The notes beneath the pieces were generated by a model that was given only the letters and a program-made list of their open reading frames with translations, was not told the DNA's origin and did no database searches. The position numbers and the translations under genes were made by a program. Below, in pieces: positions 41,583-49,649 of a stretch of 50,718 nucleotides of DNA (the stretch's first letter is position 1; every line of letters begins with the position of its first letter). The DNA lies in NCBI GenBank assembly GCA_041690595.1, contig JAWLHB010000024.1, positions 62,001-112,718 on the forward strand. Direction: 5' to 3'. Source of the DNA: Lentisphaeria bacterium (GTDB taxonomy: Bacteria; Verrucomicrobiota; Lentisphaeria; JABSQK01; JAWLHB01).

Positions 41583-41653
41583 ATGGTAGGTGAACTGCCC
41601 ATGGAACGGCGGGTAATCACCCCATATCGGCAAAGTAATGGCTGGCGTATCCT
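41583..41653 (+). promoter_or_regulatory. Tandem 17-bp operator pair and -10 element upstream of the lipoprotein gene
   Basis: GTAGGTGAACTGCCCAT (41586-41602) and GCGGGTAATCACCCCAT (41609-41625); TATCCT at 41648. Confidence 0.6.
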
Positions 41654-41756
41654 AATAAACTTGAAGCGATATGGCATCCTGATGGAAGAAGAGATGATTC
41701 CGGAATCCGTCTTCAGTACCCGCATTGTACGTCAACCCACGACCAAAGGCAAGAGA

Positions 41757-42176
41757 ATGGGCATTAGAACCTTCGCCTGGATTTCCTCACTGCTGACCAT
41801 GATGATGGTAGCCGGCTGTTCGACCAGCGGTGACAAGATCAGTCCCCAGGGAGGGATCAGCGCGATGAACGAGCACTTCAGCATCTCCGTGCCGGAACCG
41901 ATCACCATCAAACAGGGGGCAAGCGCCACGGTGACGCTTTCGATCACCCGAGGCGGATCGTTCAAGCAGGATGTCCGACTGGATGTGACGACCGTTGGGA
42001 TCGACATCTGGCCGAGCAGCGTCATCGTCAAGGCGAGCGACAAGCCGACGGCTCCCCTGCAGCTCTCCGTGCCCCGGGATGCGGCGATCGGCGAGTACCG
42101 GGTGTACATCAAAGGGACTCCCGAGTCGGGCATGCCGACGGCCTCTGAGTTCATCGTGACGGTGGTCGGCCTGTAA
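41757..42176 (+). CDS. Small lipoprotein with a single Ig-like beta-sandwich
   Basis: Lipobox MVAGC; beta-rich mature part (TIKQGASATVTLSITRG...VPRDAAIGEYRVYIKG). Confidence 0.75.
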   Translation: MGIRTFAWISSLLTMMMVAGCSTSGDKISPQGGISAMNEHFSISVPEPITIKQGASATVTLSITRGGSFKQDVRLDVTTVGIDIWPSSVIVKASDKPTAPLQLSVPRDAAIGEYRVYIKGTPESGMPTASEFIVTVVGL

Positions 42177-42257
42177 AGCGGTGACCTGTCGTCGATTGCT
42201 GCCGGCATCCTGCCGGCAGCTCCAACCTCTTGCCTGGAACTCAATGGGAGCCTCCTC

Positions 42258-42464
42258 ATGCTTAACCTAATCTCAGCGGCGATTCTTGCCGGGGGCGTCA
42301 TGCTGTTGATCTTTGGCATCCGGGCCTCGGAGTCCCTAGGCTCTGACATCTCCCGGCTCTTCACCGGCAATCCGACGGACAAAGCGATCTACCTGCTGAT
42401 CGGCGGTGCGGCGCTGTGCGTCATCGGACTGATCGGGCTGATGCGCGGCCGGCGATCGAAATAA
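42258..42464 (+). CDS. Small membrane protein, DUF3185-like
   Basis: GGVMLLIFG...SLGSDISRLFTGNPTDKAIYLLIGG. Confidence 0.8.
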   Translation: MLNLISAAILAGGVMLLIFGIRASESLGSDISRLFTGNPTDKAIYLLIGGAALCVIGLIGLMRGRRSK

Positions 42465-42506
42465 GCGCAGCTGCATCACGCGGAAGCACGGGTGCAGGCG
42501 CCCTCC

Positions 42507-42577
42507 ATGGTAGGGAAAGACCCCATGAAGCGGTAGTGCTTGACCCCATATCAGAGGGGGCGGATCGGGAGTAAGGT
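42507..42577 (+). promoter_or_regulatory. Tandem 17-bp operator pair and -10 element upstream of the adhesin gene
   Basis: GTAGGGAAAGACCCCAT (42510-42526) and GTAGTGCTTGACCCCAT (42533-42549); TAAGGT at 42572. Confidence 0.6.
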
Positions 42578-42740
42578 TGACGCAGCGAGAATCAGGAGGA
42601 GGCGAACCGCCAGTGACAATGCGTGCGCCGCTATCCTGAAGCAGGCCATCGCAATGGGGAATGAACCGTAAGTAACAAGGGAACCAACAGTGATATCCAG
42701 ACATGTAGTTACACCACAACAAAAGAGAGGGACAAGTTCG

Positions 42741-45700
42741 ATGAATGTAACCAACAAACAATTTGAACGGCTGAGGCGGATGAGGCGCACCTGCGTGGGC
42801 TTCATCATTGCGCTGGCCGCGACACTTCCACAGCTGACCTTTGCGGCCGCGCCACTGGTGGATAACGCCACCGGCGCCGTGGAGGTACGCTCGATCAGCG
42901 CTACGCTCAGTGGCACGTTGACATCGACCGGCGGACTCGATACCGAAGTCCGGGTCTACTGGGGAGAGGAGGACGGCGAAGCGACCTTCGGTGACTGGGA
43001 ACATGTCGCGGCCCTCGGATCGCTTGCCGCGGGCTCAGTCGAGCATGACCTGACAGGCCTGATACCCGAACGGACCTACTTTTACCGCTTCTTCGCCACC
43101 AACGTTGATGGGGATAGCTGGGCCAATCCTTCGGTCAGCTTCCAGACACTATCTTCCGACGGCCCCGCGCCAATCAATCTGGGGACGACCGCCAACTTCA
43201 CGATTCTGGCAGGAGCCGGGATCACGACCACTGGCGGCGGCATGATCAACGGCGATGTCGGAGCGAGCCCGATAGCCGGATCCGCCATCGGCATTCCCTC
43301 ATCCCAAGTGAACGGAACGATCTACTGCGTGGACGACAGCGGTCCCGCGGGATCGGTAAGGGATCCCGATCGTCTGACGATTGCCAAGGGCGATCTGACC
43401 ATAGCCTATAACGAGGCCAGAGACCGGACGCCGGTACCGAGCGGCCCGTTCCTGAATCCACAGGGGGGCAATATTGGCGGCCTGAACCTGGTCCCGGGTC
43501 TTTACAAGTTTACGGGCACGGCGCTGATTACCGGCGCGGATGTGACCCTGACCGGCGGGCCGAGCGATGTCTGGATCTTCCAGATCGCGGCCGACCTGCA
43601 GGTAGGCAGCGGCATCAAGGTCATTCTTGCCGGCGGCGCCCAGGCGCGGAATATCTTCTGGCAAGTGGGCACGGAGGCGGTACTCGATACCTCGTCGGTC
43701 TTCAAGGGGACGATCCTGGCCTCTCAGTCCGTCGTGATGAAGACGGGCAGCACGATGGAAGGTCGTGCGTTGGCGTTCTCCGCTGGGGTTACCTTCAACG
43801 GAACGGGCGGCGATGTGCCGGAAGAGAACGCTGCGCCGGTTGCCGCGAACGACGCCTACAATATGGATCAGGATCTGACGGTCCGCGTTCTCGCGCCGGG
43901 CGTACTGGACAACGACACGGACGCTCAGGGTGATCCCTTGACGGCCGTGCTGGTCTCGACCGTTTCCAATGGCACGTTGGTGCTCAACCCTAATGGCTCC
44001 TTCGCCTACACGCCGACGGTTAGTTTTACTGGTGACGATACCTTCACCTACAAGGCCAATGACGGCGCTCTCGACTCGGAGATGGCGACGGCGACGATCA
44101 GCGTCCTCAAGGTGAACACCGCCCCGATAGCCGTTGACGATGCTTACGCGATGGATGAGAACACCACCTTGACGGTGCTGGTCGCCGACGGCGTTCTGGA
44201 CAACGACTCCGATGCGCACGACGATCCGCTGACGGCCGTGTTGGTCGCCACGGTCTCCAGTGGCATACTGGCGCTGAATACGGACGGCTCGTTCGCCTAT
44301 ACACCGACCATTGGCTTTGTCGGTGACGACAGCTTCACCTACAAGGCCAACGACGGCGACCTGGATTCGGTCGTGGCGACAGTGACGATCAACGTGCGCG
44401 ACGTCAACACTGCTCCGGTGGCCATTCCTGACGTTTACGCAGTGGATCAGGATACCACCCTCGTCGTGGCCCAGCCCGGCGTGTTGGCCAATGACACCGA
44501 TGGACAGTCCGATCCGCTGACGGCCGTGTTGGTCGCCACGGTCTCCAACGGCACGCTGGTGCTCGATGCGAACGGCTCGTTCGCCTATACGCCGACGATT
44601 GGCTTCACCGGTGAAGAGAGCTTCACCTACAAGGCCAACGACGGCGCCGTGGACTCCAATGTGGTTACCGTCACTATCGCCGTGGGTGGGGTGAACACCG
44701 CTCCGGTAGCCGTTGAAGACTCCTACACCATGGATCAGGATACCACCCTCGTCGTGGCGCTGCCCGGCGTACTGGCCAATGACCTGGATGCGCAGTCCGA
44801 CCCTCTGACGGCGGTGTTGGTCGCCACGGTCTCCAATGGCACGCTGGTGCTCGATGCAGACGGCTCGTTCGCCTACACGCCGACGGTTAGCTTCACCGGT
44901 GACGACAGCTTCACCTACAAGGCCAACGATGGCGACCTGGACTCGAATGTGATCACGGTCACCATTGCCGTGGGCGGGGTTAACAGTGCGCCGACGGCCG
45001 TTGCCGACGCCTACACCATGGTTCAGGATACCACCCTCGTCGTGGCGCTGCCCGGCGTACTGGTCAACGATACCGATGCGCAGTCCGACGCACTGACGGC
45101 GGTATTGGTCGCCACGGTCTCCAATGGCACGCTGGTGCTCGATGCTAACGGCTCGTTCGCGTACACACCGACGATTGGCTTCACCGGTGACGACAGTTTC
45201 ACCTACAAGGCCAACGACGGCAATCTGGACTCGAACGTGGTCACCGTGACCATCACGGTTAATGGCGGGATAGACGACGGATCGACCATCCTGGTCTACA
45301 ACCTGAGCGTCCGCGGCTATGTTTATACTGACGGCGGACCGTTCGCCGTGGAAAGCCGGGGTCCCGGCCTGCTGGTGATCGACTACGCGCAAACGCGCGC
45401 GTCGATGCTCTACATCCTCTATGTTCCGGGTCGTGGTTACATATCCGTGCGCGACGACTGGCACCTGCAAGACCTGCTGATCACCACTCCGGAAGACGGA
45501 AGCAGCCTTGGTGCCGAGGCCATTTCTTCCCTTCACCGGGAGCTGACGGACAATACCCTGACCGAGTTCGCCGTCCGCGCGCTTGCCGGCGTCAAGACCG
45601 GTACGTACGACATCGGCGGCGGTCAGACGATGACCCTGGCCAATGCCCATAGCGGCTACTCGTTTGTCGGCGACGGTAACGATTCGACGGCTGCCCGTGT

Positions 45701-46436
45701 GGATTTCTACACCCGTATCAACGGGGTTGAAACACGCCGGATCAACGACGGCGGCATGACCCACGATCAAGCCATGGCGTACTACGCGCAACGGCTGAAC
45801 ATCGTCGAAAGTGGCACCATCTTCGGGCTGATCGAGCCCTACCTGGTTCCCGGTGATGCGGCAGCTTCCGTGAGGGCTCCGCAGGTCATGGTCTATGAGA
45901 TGGCCAGCCGCGAAGCGGTGCATGGCGAAGGGTTCCAGATCACGCGCTCGGTTTACGGGCACCTGATCATCGACGTGGCCAATGGCGACGTCTACCTGCT
46001 CGAGCGCTGGAGAGAAATCATCGAGGGTGTCGAATACTTGGTCTACACCCGGGAGCAGCTCAGCGATCCGAACAACATCGTGGCCAATCCGATCGACACG
46101 ACGATTCAGCAGTGGATCGTCATCTCGTCGGGCAGCTACGACGATCAGTTCCATGGGCAACTGGATATCCGGCACCTGTCTGGGCATCCGGTGAAGAATG
46201 TCAATATCGGCGGTGGCCACATCATCGATGTGCCGCTCAGGCTGGGCGGCAAGTCGGCCCACAACTACAACGATATCGACAACTTCTATGACCGGTTCCG
46301 GTATGCGCTCATCGCCGGCAACGTCAGCCCGACGCTGACCCGTGATGCCAACGACAACAGCCGAGGCGCTTCGGAGACGGCCGACATCATCGAGCAGATG
46401 ATACTCGACGCCGGCTTCACGTCGTTCCGCGACTAA
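42741..46436 (+). CDS. Secreted adhesin: FN3-like domain, DUF3494 ice-binding-type domain, five Ig-like (Big_9/tandem-95) repeats and a duplicated C-terminal domain
   Basis: Signal peptide ending TFA; INLGTTANFTILAGAGIT...GDVGASP...PGLYK...WIFQI...GGAQARNIFWQV...FKGTILA...GRALA; repeats NxAPVAxxDxY...GVLxND...NGSFAYTP...DSFTYKANDG. Confidence 0.9.
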   Translation: MNVTNKQFERLRRMRRTCVGFIIALAATLPQLTFAAAPLVDNATGAVEVRSISATLSGTLTSTGGLDTEVRVYWGEEDGEATFGDWEHVAALGSLAAGSVEHDLTGLIPERTYFYRFFATNVDGDSWANPSVSFQTLSSDGPAPINLGTTANFTILAGAGITTTGGGMINGDVGASPIAGSAIGIPSSQVNGTIYCVDDSGPAGSVRDPDRLTIAKGDLTIAYNEARDRTPVPSGPFLNPQGGNIGGLNLVPGLYKFTGTALITGADVTLTGGPSDVWIFQIAADLQVGSGIKVILAGGAQARNIFWQVGTEAVLDTSSVFKGTILASQSVVMKTGSTMEGRALAFSAGVTFNGTGGDVPEENAAPVAANDAYNMDQDLTVRVLAPGVLDNDTDAQGDPLTAVLVSTVSNGTLVLNPNGSFAYTPTVSFTGDDTFTYKANDGALDSEMATATISVLKVNTAPIAVDDAYAMDENTTLTVLVADGVLDNDSDAHDDPLTAVLVATVSSGILALNTDGSFAYTPTIGFVGDDSFTYKANDGDLDSVVATVTINVRDVNTAPVAIPDVYAVDQDTTLVVAQPGVLANDTDGQSDPLTAVLVATVSNGTLVLDANGSFAYTPTIGFTGEESFTYKANDGAVDSNVVTVTIAVGGVNTAPVAVEDSYTMDQDTTLVVALPGVLANDLDAQSDPLTAVLVATVSNGTLVLDADGSFAYTPTVSFTGDDSFTYKANDGDLDSNVITVTIAVGGVNSAPTAVADAYTMVQDTTLVVALPGVLVNDTDAQSDALTAVLVATVSNGTLVLDANGSFAYTPTIGFTGDDSFTYKANDGNLDSNVVTVTITVNGGIDDGSTILVYNLSVRGYVYTDGGPFAVESRGPGLLVIDYAQTRASMLYILYVPGRGYISVRDDWHLQDLLITTPEDGSSLGAEAISSLHRELTDNTLTEFAVRALAGVKTGTYDIGGGQTMTLANAHSGYSFVGDGNDSTAARVDFYTRINGVETRRINDGGMTHDQAMAYYAQRLNIVESGTIFGLIEPYLVPGDAAASVRAPQVMVYEMASREAVHGEGFQITRSVYGHLIIDVANGDVYLLERWREIIEGVEYLVYTREQLSDPNNIVANPIDTTIQQWIVISSGSYDDQFHGQLDIRHLSGHPVKNVNIGGGHIIDVPLRLGGKSAHNYNDIDNFYDRFRYALIAGNVSPTLTRDANDNSRGASETADIIEQMILDAGFTSFRD
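43824..45265 (+). repeat. Five intragenic tandem repeats of 288-291 bp (96-97 aa)
   Basis: Units start near 43824, 44112, 44403, 44691 and 44979; near-identical segments such as TTCACCTACAAGGCCAA. Confidence 0.9.
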
Positions 46437-46510
46437 AGAGTCAACTGGCTCCGGTAGTTCGGCGCACCAGCGCCACGGCCAACCGGAGTCTGGTTCTCGC
46501 CAAAGTGATT

Positions 46511-46544
46511 GACCCGTGACCCTCCCAGGTCACGGGTCTTTTTT
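46511..46544 (+). terminator. Intrinsic terminator of the adhesin gene
   Basis: 11-bp perfect stem GACCCGTGACC / GGTCACGGGTC followed by T6. Confidence 0.9.
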
Positions 46545-46547
46545 GTT

Positions 46548-46935
46548 TGTTGACCGCGTCGAGGCGGCCGGCGTCATCGTAGTCGAAGCCGCGCCAGACG
46601 ATGGCATTGGCGCCGATGCTGCGCGGGGCGCTGCGCAGCTTGCGTCCGATGGTGCTGTCGGCGGCATCCATGAAGGCTCTGCCCATGATGACATAAGTCG
46701 CCTGCGTCGCTTCCTGCCGCAGATCGCTGCCCGCATACATGAGGGTGGAGCCGAGTTCCGGATAGTCGCCGGCGATCTCGGCAAAGTGCTCGACCGGATC
46801 TTCATCGGGCGGCAACTCTTCATTGTGCTGGGCCAGGACATCCTCGCTGCTCCCTTCGAGGATGGAGTAGCCGTCGACGGCGAGCCGCGCATCAGACACT
46901 CCCACCCGCCGCAGATCCACTCCTTTCAGACGACG
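46548..46935 (-). pseudogene. Probable gene fragment ending in a YD-repeat-like motif (RHS body remnant?)
   Basis: GC-rich frame ending WRGFDYDDAGRLDAV just before the adhesin terminator; no properly spaced RBS. Confidence 0.35.
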
Positions 46936-47364
46936 TCAGCCCGAGAAGGAAACAAGGATAGAAGCGATCGTAGTACTTTGAGGCGTGAAATCAACGGACA
47001 TTCCGTCGCGAGTTCTCGTCCGTAAGACCTCTGCTACTCGGACTTGCAGCGGCAGCTCACATAGATTACCATCAAACACCAGGTCCCCGCAGAAAAGCCC
47101 TCTCGGTTCACTTTCCATTCGGTCCCGCCACCGAGCCCGCTCGAGCGCTACCCTGATCCAGATGATCCTGCCAGTTTCGCGCTGGATGAGAACGCTGACT
47201 CCAGTCTCATCGTAGATGTACAGGAGCCGTTCGCCCTCCATCTTGGGCAGTTGGCGTGTTGGCGGCCCCAGAGCCGACTTCATATCGGCGTCCATAGAAT
47301 TTGCGGACAGCCTCACGCCCGCCAAGGTAATGCCGTCTCGTTCCACTTCAAAACGTAAAGTCAT
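46936..47364 (-). CDS. Hypothetical protein, candidate orphan immunity protein
   Basis: 142 aa, ALGPPTR...YIYDETGVSV; co-oriented member of the post-RHS array. Confidence 0.55.
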   Translation of the reverse strand: MTLRFEVERDGITLAGVRLSANSMDADMKSALGPPTRQLPKMEGERLLYIYDETGVSVLIQRETGRIIWIRVALERARWRDRMESEPRGLFCGDLVFDGNLCELPLQVRVAEVLRTRTRDGMSVDFTPQSTTIASILVSFSG

Positions 47365-47520
47365 CGGCGTCTTAGCCTATCTATCTGTTGCGAGTCCATC
47401 GTGCGAGCGGGAAGACTCCTCGCATGAGGTTCGATCTCCTCCCGCATCACCGACCAAGCCTGTTCCATTGCCTCTGGCCGGCGTCAGCGAACGCCCACAG
47501 ATAAGCAAGGCAGGTTGATG

Positions 47521-47808
47521 TCAGTACCGCTTCCCCGGTTGACAAAGATCGTACAGCTCTTTCCGGTATGAATCAAGCTCGTCGTTCTCCTCTGCCAATG
47601 GGATCCCATCCAAACCGTGCAAGACCAAATCGTTGAAAGAGCCCATGCCACCGTACAACGATTTTATCTCTTGGCACACGTCATGCGCGGAAATCCTATA
47701 CGCACTTTCTAGACGGCTGAAGCATTGTGCCCACTGGGGTTCGTTGCATCTCGCAAGCAAGACTGCAATTGCAGAAAGGAGTTTGGGGATTCTGTCGGTG
47801 TGATCCAT
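47521..47808 (-). CDS. Small protein with YGGMGSFNDL motif (DUF6966-like), candidate immunity protein
   Basis: 95 aa, WAQCF...LYGGMGSFNDLVL. Confidence 0.65.
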   Translation of the reverse strand: MDHTDRIPKLLSAIAVLLARCNEPQWAQCFSRLESAYRISAHDVCQEIKSLYGGMGSFNDLVLHGLDGIPLAEENDELDSYRKELYDLCQPGKRY

Positions 47809-47881
47809 AGAGCTGTCTCACTTCAATGGGGTGGGTGCTTTCGACATCGACCCCTGCTATGGGTTAAAGTTCGCAGATGGG

Positions 47882-48394
47882 TCACTTCGTCTTCTCAAGA
47901 CAACTCTCCAGTATCCGAGTGAATAGCATTGATACCTCCGGCTCACCGTCAAGAAGTCGATAAGCATATGTAACAATCACATAGTCGAAATCTACGTTGA
48001 AATGCTTATTCTTGACTTTGAAACCCATAATTACCGGTCGCTGGTAGGAAATGTTGTTCTTTCCATGTGTACACATTTCCCAATGGAGACATGGTGCCAG
48101 TCTAATAGCCAGCTCCCCCATGAACATACCAATGTCGCAACTTAACGAGAAAATGTAAGACGGCATTTCATCTGCGTCCACTTCTCGTACTTTAGAAACG
48201 AAAAAATGATGTAGGTCTTCCAAACAGCTCAAAGAATAGGTCAGGACTACTCCATGATCGGCAAGATGTTCAGTTAAATGTTGCGCCCGGACAGGAATAG
48301 AGTCTACAAACCAGTTATACGCTGTCTTTGCGTCCTTCCTGGAAAGCTCGTGAAGAGGCCGGTTCACTTTCGGATTGAAAATCTCATAGTTCAT
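47882..48394 (-). CDS. Hypothetical protein, candidate orphan immunity protein
   Basis: AT-rich ORF starting MNYEIFNPK; DIGMFMGE...W...YQRPVIMGF. Confidence 0.6.
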   Translation of the reverse strand: MNYEIFNPKVNRPLHELSRKDAKTAYNWFVDSIPVRAQHLTEHLADHGVVLTYSLSCLEDLHHFFVSKVREVDADEMPSYIFSLSCDIGMFMGELAIRLAPCLHWEMCTHGKNNISYQRPVIMGFKVKNKHFNVDFDYVIVTYAYRLLDGEPEVSMLFTRILESCLEKTK

Positions 48395-48513
48395 GACGTC
48401 TAATCCAACGTTCTCAGTCGATTCACAAATCAAACAAGCTACGTCTGCTATTGGGCAGTGTATCGCTAACCGGTTCCGGGCCAGATTTTCCGCCGTGAAA
48501 AGGTATGCCTCAG

Positions 48514-49001
48514 TCAGCAATCAATCCACCAGTTTAGTGGCGTGAACCCATCATCAGGATCATATACATTTGCATAAAACCATTCGGAAGGCAGAAACAT
48601 TGTCTCGAGCTTGCGAAAAATTCCTTCTATGTCCTGAAAACCAATACTAACATGAAAAGTAAAAACAAGAAGTGCAAAGTCTTCTGTTTCATACTCCCCA
48701 TCCATAACGCCTCCAAGCGGCTCAATCTGCTCAAGTGCCCACTTCTTGACTTGGCCGATATCACAATTCTTGAAAAAGCACTGTACACCGATATTCCCGC
48801 CTCTGCTAACGAGGGAATACCCCAACGGCTCCCTTGAGTCAAGCCTGATGATATCTCCAGCAGCTAAACCTTGAAGCCAGCCAGGGGTACAAACCAAGCG
48901 ATACTGACCTCCTCCCAAATCGTCGACCAAAACGCGTTCCTCTCTGGTCGATCCAACAGCTTTACAGGAAGAGTCAATATTCTCATAGGGTGGGTAGCCA
49001 T
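48514..49001 (-). CDS. DUF4265-like protein, 5' end apparently frameshifted
   Basis: YRLVCTPGWLQGLAAGDII...RGGN...WFYANVYDPDDGFTPLNWW; the RBS-supported ATG (49001) is out of frame with this body. Confidence 0.65.
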
Positions 49002-49171
49002 GCTGCACCTCTGAGTGAACCCGCATGCAAGCAATTCCTGCAAGGCTCCTTGGTGGATGCGGAGCGAATGAATGTCTGGTTCTCATTCTCATTGTTATCA
49101 TTCCGGATTAGTCGTTCGAGATGACAAGCGCAATTGCCAGCGATTGCTGCGGAAAAACATGCACTTAATCT
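48983..49171 (-). pseudogene. Start-less 62-codon fragment with an HxE...PCxxC motif (orphan deaminase toxin tip?)
   Basis: ...NCACHLERLIRNDNNENENQTFIRSASTKEPCRNCLHAGSLRGAAWLPTL*. Confidence 0.45.
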
Positions 49172-49202
49172 TCACAATCGTCAATAGGGGCTGAAGTGAA
49201 TG

Positions 49203-49634
49203 CTATGTCGTCTCTTCCACAAGGTACTCGAGGATGTCCGGAAAACCGCTGTCCAGGATCTCTTCGGTCTCATGGTCCCAGAACCAGACTCTTTCGGCAA
49301 GTTGACCCCCTTTATCACGGAAACCGTAGAAGTCACCGGTGAAGCTTTCTGAGAAGGGGACAAACCCACCAGGAAGGTACGCCGCTTGAAGGGCCTTGGC
49401 AATGATGAACCAGCGGCTGTCCTCATGCAAAGAATAGACGACCGAGGAACCGAATTCGCCTCCACCGTAGCGGGAGACGAACTCCTTGTACTTCTTGGGA
49501 AGTTTGACACCCAACTTTGACTCGGCCTGACGGATCTCCTCCGGTGTCGCCGCAGGATCAGGGCGGTTCAACCTAAAGAGGCCGACGTTAGCGCGTTTGT
49601 CGTCTGCGAACTGCTGGAAAACTGCAAAATCCAT
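49203..49634 (-). CDS. SMI1/KNR4 (SUKH) immunity protein
   Basis: ATPEEIRQAESKLGVKLPKKYKEFVSRYGGGEF...GDFYGF...VWFWDHE; directly after the toxin, GGGAG RBS. Confidence 0.9.
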   Translation of the reverse strand: MDFAVFQQFADDKRANVGLFRLNRPDPAATPEEIRQAESKLGVKLPKKYKEFVSRYGGGEFGSSVVYSLHEDSRWFIIAKALQAAYLPGGFVPFSESFTGDFYGFRDKGGQLAERVWFWDHETEEILDSGFPDILEYLVEETT

Positions 49635-49649
49635 CCTGAGGTCATCTCC

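Noticed and set aside
43824..45265. Direct repeats as a possible CRISPR array or mobile repeat
   Set aside because: They are in-frame coding repeats of 288-291 bp with no unique spacers, and no cas genes are present
44..46262. Long antisense ORFs (44..1267, 14525..16594, 18610..20703, 32374..34182, 34420..35913, 43299..46262 and others)
   Set aside because: They are shadows of well-supported genes on the opposite strand in GC-rich DNA and contain no recognisable motifs
47361..47468. Short minus-strand ORF MEQAWSVMREE... coupled to the next gene
   Set aside because: 35 aa with no recognisable motif; cannot be told from chance
48400..48480. attC-like words (ATCCAAC...ATTGGGC, GTTAGCG) suggesting integron cassettes
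   Set aside because: No convincing internal palindrome, not repeated in the other spacers, and no integrase; an RHS orphan array explains the region better
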